From NCBI GenBank assembly GCA_963528875.1, contig CAURWT010000001.1, positions 90,001 to 122,000 of the forward strand: a stretch of DNA of 32,000 bases. The letters are read 5' to 3'. Positions 9,850 to 18,278 of the stretch are shown here, piece after piece. The position numbers and the translations under genes are program-made. The notes under the pieces were generated by a model. That model did not search any database. It was not told the origin of the DNA and was given only the letters and a program-made list of their open reading frames with translations. How positions within the stretch are numbered: the first letter of the stretch is position 1; every line of letters starts with the position of its first letter. Source of the stretch: an uncultured Candidatus Saccharimonas sp. (lineage in GTDB: Bacteria > Patescibacteriota > Saccharimonadia > Saccharimonadales > Saccharimonadaceae).

Positions 9850-11589
9850 ATGTCAAAACCGAATGTTCATCAAAAAACTATCTTGAGTCTACTATCGGAC
9901 TATGAAGCCGATTTTTTGATTCCAGACTACCAGCGACCATACGCCTGGAATCAAGATCAATGCCAAACCCTTTGGGATGATTTAGTTAACTTCACAATCC
10001 CTAATGAAAACTACGAAAAGTTTAATCACAAAAAGGATGAATATTTCCTCGGTTCAATTGTTGCTTTCAAAGAGAGCAATAAGCATGAAATCATTGATGG
10101 GCAGCAAAGATTAACAACTTTTATGCTTATTTTGCGAGCTTTTCATAAAGAGTTTAAAAATCGCAAAGATAATGATGGTATTAATATTCGCAAAAATATC
10201 GAAAAATGTATCTGGAAATATGACGAATTCGAAAACCCTCTTAAAGATGAGCTAAAAATTACTTCAGAAGTAGCTGGTGATGATGACAAGGAAGAATTTC
10301 TTTCAATTTTAAAAAATGGCAACGCACCAAAAGAGTATAAAAGCCAATACGCTGAAAACTTCAGATTTTTCGAAAATAAAATTCAAGAAATGCAAAATTA
10401 CAACCCCAGAAACAATGAATTTATTGTAAATCGTCTATTGAAAAACTGTGCGGTATTATTTATTGAAGCTGAAACACAAGATTCCGCCCTTCGAATTTTC
10501 TCAACACTAAACGATCGCGGTTTGCCTTTGGCTGACGCGGATATCTTTAAATCAAAATTCTATAAACTCTATTCTGACAAAAATCAAAAGAATGATTTCA
10601 TTAAAGAATGGAAAAAGCTTGAAGAAATTACCGAAGAAATTTTCAATCCACAACAAGGCACACCAATGGATGAGCTTTTCACAAAATATATGTACTTCTT
10701 GCGTGCAAAAAACGGTACAACCGGAAGTACAACAGAGTCTCTTCGAAATTTCTTCCGCGGCGAAAAGCAAGATTTTCCATATTTTAAAAATGAAAAAGCC
10801 ATGGACGATTTAAGTGATTTGGCAATTTTTTGGAAGAAAATCTATTCACAGAACGAAAGTTTTGGCGATGAAATTCTTCGAAAACTTTTTGTTTTGCGCT
10901 ATTCCCCAAATACAATGTGGGAAAATATTGTGTCGGTTTGGTTTTTACAGAATCGAGATTCAAACGATGAGATCGATTTAGATGCGTTCAGTCATTTTCT
11001 TTCAAAAATAACAAACTTTATTTTAGGCTATAGCTTAATAAATCCTGGCGTAAACCAACTCCGAACTCCAATCTTTAAAGAAATGAGCGAAATAGTTAAC
11101 CGCAATAGCCTCGTTCCATCTTTCGAGAATCATCTTTTTGATGAAAGTTCTCTCCGCACGGCTTTCGATAACTTCGAATTTAGTAACATGAAAGGAATTA
11201 CAAAATCATTTCTCGTTTGGTTTGCTTTTTCGAATGAAAATCAGCAACTCTTGAGCCTGAAAGAACCACTTCAAATCGAACATATTTTTGCCAAAAAACG
11301 TGCCGAAATTAACGGAATTTCCGATAAAAATCTAATTGAATCTATTGGAAATAAGATTATTTTGGAAAGCTCAATAAACATTAAGGCTTCAGATTTCGAA
11401 TTTGATGTGAAGAAAGATTTTTACCTCGGTAAAAAACGGCGAGGAAGCTCAAAAGAACCAAGTAAAATTGCAGAAATTATTGATCTTACAAATCTTGACA
11501 AATTCGATGAAAATGAAATTATTGAAAGAGAATCACGGATTATTGATAATTTTATTGAAAAACTTAAAAGTGAGAATCTGTTAAAATAA
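9850..11589 (+). CDS. GmrSD-family protein (N-terminal DUF262 ParB-like NTPase domain plus C-terminal DUF1524 His-Me nuclease domain); putative type IV modification-dependent restriction enzyme
   Basis: 579 aa. DUF262 motifs are IPDYQRPYAW and IDGQQRLTTFMLIL. The C-terminal region has LQIEHIFAKKR ... IGNKIILESSINIKASD, matching the DUF1524 H...N...N pattern. A strong SD (AGGAAGGA) precedes the ATG. Confidence 0.75.
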   Translation: MSKPNVHQKTILSLLSDYEADFLIPDYQRPYAWNQDQCQTLWDDLVNFTIPNENYEKFNHKKDEYFLGSIVAFKESNKHEIIDGQQRLTTFMLILRAFHKEFKNRKDNDGINIRKNIEKCIWKYDEFENPLKDELKITSEVAGDDDKEEFLSILKNGNAPKEYKSQYAENFRFFENKIQEMQNYNPRNNEFIVNRLLKNCAVLFIEAETQDSALRIFSTLNDRGLPLADADIFKSKFYKLYSDKNQKNDFIKEWKKLEEITEEIFNPQQGTPMDELFTKYMYFLRAKNGTTGSTTESLRNFFRGEKQDFPYFKNEKAMDDLSDLAIFWKKIYSQNESFGDEILRKLFVLRYSPNTMWENIVSVWFLQNRDSNDEIDLDAFSHFLSKITNFILGYSLINPGVNQLRTPIFKEMSEIVNRNSLVPSFENHLFDESSLRTAFDNFEFSNMKGITKSFLVWFAFSNENQQLLSLKEPLQIEHIFAKKRAEINGISDKNLIESIGNKIILESSINIKASDFEFDVKKDFYLGKKRRGSSKEPSKIAEIIDLTNLDKFDENEIIERESRIIDNFIEKLKSENLLK

Positions 11590-11598
11590 GAGGACTAT

Positions 11599-12234
11599 AT
11601 GATAAATAAAGTTGCATTAAAAAAATTTTTCGAGCAAAATAAAGAAGATTATTATTCTCGTAGAAACTCTGGAGATATAAAAAAATACGACGAAGATTAC
11701 AAATGGGAAATTTTGCCAAAATTAAATAGTGAACTTTCGAAAATAGAAATATGTAGCGAAAATTCTGAAAAAATAGCTAAACTTCTTTCGAAAAACCTCA
11801 ACAACTTTTCGCATTGGATTGATATGGATGATCTGCAGGGACTTTCAAAGCATAAAAATTTTTATCAAATTTTTAGAGATATAAAAAATTCAAACCCAGA
11901 AACAATAGTTGAAACAATTGAGAGTGTTGATATAAGTACAAACTTTCTTTCTAATAAAAAATTCGCACCCTCAACTCTTGGCTATATACTAACAGCTTTT
12001 GACTGTAAGAATTTCTCTCTTTACAGGGAGGAGATTGCTAAAGAAATTTCAAAAATATGCTTAATTGAATTACCAAAAAATAAGGGCGAAAAATACAAAT
12101 TAGTAAATGACGCTTCAAATTTTATAGGGAATTTAGTTAATGAAGATGGAGTTTTTGTTGATAAAAATGTAAATTTGCTAGGTCAAGATTTTATCTGGAC
12201 AGAAATAATGTACAATAAAAATCACACCAATTAG
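11599..12234 (+). CDS. Hypothetical protein co-transcribed with the GmrSD-like gene
   Basis: 211 aa starting 10 nt after the GmrSD stop, with SD AAGAGGA. It has no catalytic motif I can name. The segment EDYKWEILPKLN...IAKLLSKNLNNF weakly recalls YKWE-containing N-terminal modules of McrB-type proteins; this is recollection only. Confidence 0.5.
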   Translation: MINKVALKKFFEQNKEDYYSRRNSGDIKKYDEDYKWEILPKLNSELSKIEICSENSEKIAKLLSKNLNNFSHWIDMDDLQGLSKHKNFYQIFRDIKNSNPETIVETIESVDISTNFLSNKKFAPSTLGYILTAFDCKNFSLYREEIAKEISKICLIELPKNKGEKYKLVNDASNFIGNLVNEDGVFVDKNVNLLGQDFIWTEIMYNKNHTN

Positions 12235-12249
12235 AGGTGTGATTTTTTT
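12221..12249. terminator. Bidirectional terminator between convergent genes
   Basis: Stem ATCACACC / GGTGTGAT (12221-12228 / 12236-12243), followed by T7. The A-rich upstream flank allows function for xfp on the other strand. Confidence 0.65.
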
Positions 12250-12256
12250 ACTTTAA

Positions 12257-14617
12257 TTAAAACTTCAAATATACCCAATTCTCAATCTCTGGCGCATCCA
12301 CTGAGTTTTCTAGTGCAAAACGCAAAGCATCATCTTGGCGTTTTTGATATTCTCTTGCAAGTTTTTCAAAATCTTCGTCACCTTTATCAACCGAATTTAA
12401 GGCCCTCATTGCAATATCATATCGCGAAACTCGATTTCTCGCCAACATATCAAAGGGCGTAGTTGTTGAACCTTTTTCTTCATATCCGTTAATTTTAATT
12501 CTCGACGGATTTTCATAATCAAATAAAATTGATTTCAGAGTTTTAGCGTATCCGTGAAAAGCAAATACAACTGGCTTATCTTTTGTAAAAATCTTCACGA
12601 AGTCACTTTTCGAAAGCATATTTTCGAAAATTCCAATTCCTTCACCACATAGCGCTTGAATATAAACTAAACGAATTTTAATTTGCGGTGCGTCATGAGA
12701 TAAAACTTGGAGCGCTGCAATTGTTTCTTTAAAAATATAATCACCACTTGCCGCCAAAATTAGATCTGGTTCATCATCTTCTAAAATTGAGCCCCAGTCT
12801 GTAATTTCCTGATTCTTCCAAGAATCAAAAACAAATATTCCGCCTTTTTTAAGCTGTTTTCGTGCACTTTCAAGAGAAAAATATCTTGGTTCTGGCGTTT
12901 TCCCCGCAACCAAAACGTTAATATTATTTTGGGATTTTAGCATTTTCGAAATCGCTACGACCGCCGAATTATCATCTGCTGGCAAAAAAATCTGCCCAAT
13001 TCCATTTTCGCGTCGTAAAACTTCATCAATAAAACTCGGATTTTGGTGCGAAAATCCATTATGGTCTTGTCGCCAACCAGTTGAAGTCAGAACATAGTTC
13101 AAACTTGCCAAATCACCTCGCCATTTTACTTCTTTAGATTGAGTTAAGAACTTCGCATATTGATCCATCATCGAGGAAATAATCGGCGCAAAAGCTTCGT
13201 AAGAAGTTAAAATTCCGTGTCGCCCCGTTAAAATATAACCCTGCAAAAGACCCTGTAAAGAATGTTCACTCAAAATTTCCGTCACGCGGCCGTTTTTCGA
13301 TAAATCTTTTTCCCACGGTTTAATTTCTCGCTGCCAAGAACGTGAAGTTGCCTTAAAAATAGCATCTAATTTATTCGAATAAGTTTCGTCAGGGCTAAAG
13401 AAGCGGAAATTCTCTGGATTCTTTTCGAAAACTTCTTTCAAAAAATCACCAACCGCATTCATTGCGAGTGATTTTTCACCCATTCTTTCATGAATTTCTG
13501 GCAATTCTAACTCTGTAAAATTTAAACTTGCATCTACAAAACGATTTTGCCCAATCCTGCTTGATTTTTCTGGTAAAAAATCATCAAGCCAAGGTTTGAA
13601 TTCACCTTTTTCAAAATCAAAAAGCTCTTCAAATTTATAAGATTTTAACCAGTCTTCGAGTTTTTTGAGCTCTTTTTCATCACTCTTAGCATTTAAAAGT
13701 GGAACTTGATGAGCGAGCGAGTTTCCTTCAATTTTTTCGCCATTATTTTCAGCAACACCAGAGCTTCCTTTCTTACTCCGCATAATAATCATCGGCAGCC
13801 GCACAAAACCATTTTTTCGGCCAAATTTTATTCGCGAAATATCTCGAAAAGCGTCTGAAAAGACCTTCGAAAGCTCCAAATCGAAATCTTCAGCAGAGTA
13901 TTCATCAACAATTCTTGGCTCCCAACCTGCTCCATGGAAAAATTGAATCAATTCAAAATCACTCATCGAACCAAAAACCGTCGGACCAGAAATTTTATAA
14001 CCATTCAAATGCAAAACAGGCAAAACTACTCCATTTTCAACTGGATTTATCAGTTTATTTAAATGCCAAGCCGCAGCAATTGGGCCAGTTTCAGCCTCGC
14101 CATCACCAATTAAAGCGGTCATTACAAGATTTGGGTTATCCAAAACCGCCCCGAAAGCAGTCGAGAGTGAATAGCCAAGCTCACCGCCTTCAAGAATTAC
14201 ACCTGGAGTAAAAGGGCTTGCGTGCGACGGAAAACCGCCTGGCCAAGAAAAGTTTTTCGAAATATAAGCAATGCCTTGTGAATTTCGAACTGCATTTTTA
14301 TCAATCTTCGAAAGAGTTTCTTCAAGAAAAAGATTTGATTGAAGTGCCGGAAAAGCATGACCAGGCCCAAGCATAAATGCTGTTTTTAGACCACTTTTAG
14401 CAAAATCAAGTTGTTTTTGAATATTCAAAAGATGAGTATAAACATGATTTACACCAGGGCAACTTCCCCAGTGACCAAGAAGGTGTGGTTTGATATCATT
14501 AAATTTCAGCTCTCGCTCTAATAAAAAATTATCTTGCAAGAAAATTTGCGAAACGGTCAAATAATTCGCCGCACGAATAAACTTTTTAATATTTTCAAGA
14601 TTTTGCCCACTATTCAT
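12257..14617 (-). CDS. xfp: Xylulose-5-phosphate/fructose-6-phosphate phosphoketolase
   Basis: 786 aa with GHWGSCPG near the N-terminus, the TPP-binding region GDGEAETGP, and EGGELGYS. Length and layout are typical of XFP phosphoketolases. Confidence 0.92.
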   Translation of the reverse strand: MNSGQNLENIKKFIRAANYLTVSQIFLQDNFLLERELKFNDIKPHLLGHWGSCPGVNHVYTHLLNIQKQLDFAKSGLKTAFMLGPGHAFPALQSNLFLEETLSKIDKNAVRNSQGIAYISKNFSWPGGFPSHASPFTPGVILEGGELGYSLSTAFGAVLDNPNLVMTALIGDGEAETGPIAAAWHLNKLINPVENGVVLPVLHLNGYKISGPTVFGSMSDFELIQFFHGAGWEPRIVDEYSAEDFDLELSKVFSDAFRDISRIKFGRKNGFVRLPMIIMRSKKGSSGVAENNGEKIEGNSLAHQVPLLNAKSDEKELKKLEDWLKSYKFEELFDFEKGEFKPWLDDFLPEKSSRIGQNRFVDASLNFTELELPEIHERMGEKSLAMNAVGDFLKEVFEKNPENFRFFSPDETYSNKLDAIFKATSRSWQREIKPWEKDLSKNGRVTEILSEHSLQGLLQGYILTGRHGILTSYEAFAPIISSMMDQYAKFLTQSKEVKWRGDLASLNYVLTSTGWRQDHNGFSHQNPSFIDEVLRRENGIGQIFLPADDNSAVVAISKMLKSQNNINVLVAGKTPEPRYFSLESARKQLKKGGIFVFDSWKNQEITDWGSILEDDEPDLILAASGDYIFKETIAALQVLSHDAPQIKIRLVYIQALCGEGIGIFENMLSKSDFVKIFTKDKPVVFAFHGYAKTLKSILFDYENPSRIKINGYEEKGSTTTPFDMLARNRVSRYDIAMRALNSVDKGDEDFEKLAREYQKRQDDALRFALENSVDAPEIENWVYLKF

Positions 14618-14642
14618 ACGTTATATTTTATCATATTTATAA

Positions 14643-16130
14643 TTATTTTGACAATATTTCACTATTGAAACTATTTATTTTATTTAAAGAATCTTCAATT
14701 CTATCAATTTTATACTTATACATCTTATCTTTATCATCGTAGTTCTTTTTTATATCACTCAATGTATTTTTAATCTTCTCTATCTCTTCATTATTAAAAA
14801 TTTGTGAAACATTCGCAATATTAGATAATATACTAAGCGTGTTTTTATCTTTCTTATTAAAGGCGTCCTTCATTCTCTTTTTGCGCTCATCTATATTATT
14901 AGTATAATCTATTAAAACTCCATTTGTAACACCATATAAATGCTTATGTGACAGCCAAGATTCTATCCATCTAGTATATCCGCCAGAATCAAAATATCCC
15001 AGAGCTAAAGTTATTGTATCAAACCATAGAATACAATTAACATCTCCGAAGAAAGATCGAGTAATTGAATCTATCGTCATAATCTTATTATATGGAGCAT
15101 TAATATCATTATATGGCAAGATTTCATTAATTATACAATCAAAATAAGCCTTAATAATTCCATTTCTTTTATATATATTTTTTTCATTAATAACTATGCT
15201 ACCATCAAATTCACTCCAAGATATTTTAAACTTGTCGTTACTTATCGCATTATTAATTAATTCTTTAGCTATATCATTATGTAAATCATCAATTATTTCT
15301 TGATCTTTACCCTCGCTATTTACTTTTTCCACAAATTCTTTTATAGCAATAAAGAAAAATGATTCCTCTAATGGCCAGATTTTATGTTCACTAATTACAG
15401 ATAGCTTCATTATCCTCATTAGTAGATCATGCTTTTCCCTAATAATGCATAGACTATTTTGCCGTTTCTCTATATAGTACTCTAAAGAATATTCTATTAA
15501 TAAATCATCTACAAGTTTTTCATTATCTGATGCTTTAACTAAAAAATCAACTTTCTCAATATTTTTTATTAATATAGAGAGTGCTCCCCATTTAAGTTTA
15601 TTCTTTCTATAATATTCATTGCACCAATCTAAATATTCTTCTATGAGACCCCGCTGGTTTTTTTCTAGCAATCGCTTATCTCCAAAAATATTTGACCATA
15701 TTTCATAAGACTCGCTATCTTGCAAATCCTTCAAGAATTTAATTCTCTCCCCATGTCTAAATGACTCTAATCCTTTATGATTTAGATCATTTATCCATCT
15801 ATATACAAGAAAAAGAGCTTTTATTACATAAAATGATAACACAAAAAAAGCTATTATAGATAAAAACGTAAAAATACAATTATACTTATTCTTCTGGTCG
15901 GAGCCATACTTACTAAAAATAGATAATATCACAAAAACTATAAAAGAAACCATAAGCCTTTTGTAGTTAAAAATCTTATTTATTAAGATCCTTCTGTCGA
16001 AACCAAAAGCATCGTCATTTTGTTCAATAGCAAATAAAACTAAGGGTAAAAGGATGGCACAATACAGAGCAGCAGCAGCAATAATTGCATCCCCATTAAC
16101 ATAATTAAGCCATCCATATAATTGCTCCAC
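14643..16130 (-). CDS. Hypothetical membrane-anchored protein (about 3 N-terminal TM helices plus a large K/E/N-rich helical domain)
   Basis: The track ORF is 497 aa from TTG at 16136. GTG at 16130 has better geometry, with AGGAG 6 nt upstream. It starts 7-13 nt after the grpE stop. It is visibly more AT-rich than its neighbours and has no TTCGAA sites. I recognise no family motif. Confidence 0.55.
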   Translation of the reverse strand: MEQLYGWLNYVNGDAIIAAAALYCAILLPLVLFAIEQNDDAFGFDRRILINKIFNYKRLMVSFIVFVILSIFSKYGSDQKNKYNCIFTFLSIIAFFVLSFYVIKALFLVYRWINDLNHKGLESFRHGERIKFLKDLQDSESYEIWSNIFGDKRLLEKNQRGLIEEYLDWCNEYYRKNKLKWGALSILIKNIEKVDFLVKASDNEKLVDDLLIEYSLEYYIEKRQNSLCIIREKHDLLMRIMKLSVISEHKIWPLEESFFFIAIKEFVEKVNSEGKDQEIIDDLHNDIAKELINNAISNDKFKISWSEFDGSIVINEKNIYKRNGIIKAYFDCIINEILPYNDINAPYNKIMTIDSITRSFFGDVNCILWFDTITLALGYFDSGGYTRWIESWLSHKHLYGVTNGVLIDYTNNIDERKKRMKDAFNKKDKNTLSILSNIANVSQIFNNEEIEKIKNTLSDIKKNYDDKDKMYKYKIDRIEDSLNKINSFNSEILSK

Positions 16131-16143
16131 GTTCAACTCCTAG

Positions 16144-16671
16144 TTATTTTCGCCCAACTTTTACCATTGCTGCTCGTAAAACTTCGCCCTTTAAAGTATA
16201 ACCAGCTCTAAGTTCTTCAGCAATAACTTCTTCTTTACCGTCAGATTCTTCATCAAATTGAATCGCCTCATGGAGTTCTGGATTAAAAATAGCGCCGTTC
16301 AAAGAATTAATCTTTTCAATTCCAAGTTTCGAGAGGTTTTTTTCAAGATTTTTACTCATTTTAACCACATTTTGCGCCCAAGAATTTTTTGCTAAATCTT
16401 CTGGTAAATGTGAAATCGCTCGATCAATATCATCAATCATTGGAATTAACGCTAAAATCGCTTTTTTCTCGCCCAAATTTTGCGCATTTGAAATTCGGCC
16501 CTCAACATTTTTGCGATAATTTTCGAAATCAGCACGCGTGCGCTGCAAATCATTTTTTAATTCTGAGTTCTCCACTTGAAGCTTTTCGCACTTTGGATCT
16601 TTTTTAAAAAATCCACTTTTTTTCTCATCTTTAGAAACTTCTTGATTTTTTGACAAATTATTCTTTTCCAT
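16144..16671 (-). CDS. grpE: Nucleotide exchange factor GrpE
   Basis: It has an N-terminal coiled coil (LKNDLQRTRADFENYRKN) and a C-terminal beta domain (HEAIQ...GYTLKGEVLRAAMVKV), both typical of GrpE. The start was moved to the ATG at 16671, which has AAGGAGG 5 nt upstream. The track start at 16698 would overlap the upstream gene by 17 nt. Confidence 0.9.
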   Translation of the reverse strand: MEKNNLSKNQEVSKDEKKSGFFKKDPKCEKLQVENSELKNDLQRTRADFENYRKNVEGRISNAQNLGEKKAILALIPMIDDIDRAISHLPEDLAKNSWAQNVVKMSKNLEKNLSKLGIEKINSLNGAIFNPELHEAIQFDEESDGKEEVIAEELRAGYTLKGEVLRAAMVKVGRK

Positions 16672-16681
16672 TTTTTCCTCC

Positions 16682-17305
16682 TTAAATTTTACTTGCATAC
16701 TTCGTAATTCTCTTTAAAAACTTTTTTCGAACTTCCAGAGTGTTTGAATCACGATTCATATTTCCTAAATTAATAACTTTTTTAGTTTTTATGCCACAAT
16801 GATTTAATACTGCATTTTTTAAAACCGCAATTCCATAGCTATCTGGCACACTCACAATTCCGCTAAAAATTTTATACCACCAGCCTGGGCCTTGAGATGT
16901 TGTAATTATATCAGCAGTTTTATTTTTAAGAAGCTTTTTGAATTGCCGACCAGTTATAAAATTAAGTACAAAGATTCCTTTTTGATTCGAAGAATAAGCA
17001 ATTCCAGGCGTAAAAACTCGATCAACCCAACCTTTCATTAGGCTTGGCATCGAACTCCACCAAATTGGATAAATAAAAATTAAGTGATTCGCCCATTGAA
17101 TTAATTCTTGCGAATGTACAATTTCTACATCTTCTTTCATTCGCTCTCGATAACCAAAACGTAAAACTGGATCAATTTTCATCTCTGCAAGATTTAGAGT
17201 TTTAATTTTATGCTTTTCTTTATTAAGATTTTCTGTAACTTTATTAAAAATAGCTGCACTAAAACTCTTTTTATCTGGATGGCCATTTATCACTAGAATA
17301 TTCAC
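16682..17305 (-). CDS. Flavodoxin-like-fold NAD(P)H dehydrogenase (quinone) family protein (Flavodoxin_2 / KefF-MdaB-like)
   Basis: 207 aa. MNILVINGHPDKKSFS ... LIFIYPIWWSSMPSLMKGWVDRVF matches the conserved N-terminal and WW-containing segments of this family. It uses a GTG start with AAGGAG 5 nt upstream. It is wedged between hrcA and grpE. Confidence 0.7.
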   Translation of the reverse strand: MNILVINGHPDKKSFSAAIFNKVTENLNKEKHKIKTLNLAEMKIDPVLRFGYRERMKEDVEIVHSQELIQWANHLIFIYPIWWSSMPSLMKGWVDRVFTPGIAYSSNQKGIFVLNFITGRQFKKLLKNKTADIITTSQGPGWWYKIFSGIVSVPDSYGIAVLKNAVLNHCGIKTKKVINLGNMNRDSNTLEVRKKFLKRITKYASKI

Positions 17306-17319
17306 TATCTCTCCTTAAA

Positions 17320-18066
17320 TTACAATATCTCTTCCAAAAATTCACCTGTCTTTTGAACCAATCGGACCACTTTTCCATAATTTTGGCGAGTTGGTCCAAG
17401 TACGCCAATGTAAGAATTTTCTGAAAACGGACTTTCGAATTTTGAAATAATTAAACTCGCACCCGAACTTTTGCCAATTGGATTCTCGCTACCAATATAA
17501 ACATTGAGCGGCTCATTTGGAGTAACTTCACGAAGCCATGGTTCAAGATTATCAAGAAGCTGCGCAACAGACTGGACCGCTTCACCACTTTCAAATTCAG
17601 GCTGAGAAAAAAGATTATAAATTCCATTAATGTAAAGTTGATCGCCAATTGTAGCAAGACCAAGATTACCAGTAAGTTCAACTAAAGAATCTACAGCTGA
17701 ACGAATTGCATGGTCGGCGCGGTCATTCTGAGCTGAAACTCGTGAAGAAATCGCCCGAAATCCACGCAAGCTATCTTTCGAATTATTAGCATTTAGTAAA
17801 ATTTGTTCATCTTCGTCGCCCTCGCTTTGAGCAGTTAAACGGTTTACATAAAAACGATAACCCTTATCAGTTGGAATTCGCCCGGCAGAAGTGTGTGGTT
17901 GCGTAATTAAACCAAGATCTTCAAGTTTTGACATTTCAGAACGAATTGTCGCACTTGAAACATTAAAAAGCTTCGCCAAAGTAACACTACCAACTGGGCT
18001 GGCAACTTCGGCGTATTGCTCAATAATTGCTACCAAAATTTGCGTTTGTCGTGGTGTAATATTCAT
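17320..18066 (-). CDS. hrcA: Heat-inducible transcription repressor HrcA (compact, 248 aa)
   Basis: The N-terminal winged HTH (RQTQILVAIIEQYAEVASPVGSVTLAKLFNVSSATIRSEMSKLEDLGLITQPHTSAGRIPTDKGYRFYV) is diagnostic. It is about 90 aa shorter than the roughly 340-aa Bacillus-type HrcA. Confidence 0.9.
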   Translation of the reverse strand: MNITPRQTQILVAIIEQYAEVASPVGSVTLAKLFNVSSATIRSEMSKLEDLGLITQPHTSAGRIPTDKGYRFYVNRLTAQSEGDEDEQILLNANNSKDSLRGFRAISSRVSAQNDRADHAIRSAVDSLVELTGNLGLATIGDQLYINGIYNLFSQPEFESGEAVQSVAQLLDNLEPWLREVTPNEPLNVYIGSENPIGKSSGASLIISKFESPFSENSYIGVLGPTRQNYGKVVRLVQKTGEFLEEIL

Positions 18067-18072
18067 ATTTTA

Positions 18073-18112
18073 AGTTTAGCATAAATTAGCACTTAGGTCA
18101 ATAGAGTGCTAA
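18073..18112 (-). promoter_or_regulatory. hrcA promoter with embedded CIRCE (autoregulation)
   Basis: CIRCE TTAGCACTT-N9-GAGTGCTAA lies at 18086-18112. On the minus strand the -35 TTGACC (18101-18096) sits in the CIRCE spacer. A 17-nt spacer ending in TGC and -10 TAAACT (18078-18073) follow, then 6 nt, then ATG at 18066 with no SD. Confidence 0.8.
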
Positions 18113-18247
18113 TTCTGTATTTTTAGTATCATATTTTCGGAAAAGTTTTAAAAAATATTTGACTTTTTATTTTTACATACATTTATAGAATATTAATATG
18201 CTTAAAAACAGATAAAGTAATATTCTACAGACCATAACTCTTCTGAG

Positions 18248-18270
18248 CCCGCAAAAAATGCGGGTTTTTT
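18248..18270. terminator. GC hairpin with a T-tract on the plus strand, lying directly downstream of minus-strand gmk
   Basis: CCCGC (18248-18252) / GCGGG (18260-18264), then T6 on the plus strand. On the minus strand the hairpin lacks a 3' T-tract, so the orientation is ambiguous. Confidence 0.5.
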
Positions 18271-18278
18271 CTTTTAGT

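Noticed and set aside
10552-10813. Three roughly 72-aa ORFs inside or antisense to the GmrSD-like gene.
   Set aside because: They are nested in a well-supported 579-aa ORF, carry no translation signals and have implausible Cys/Phe-rich translations.
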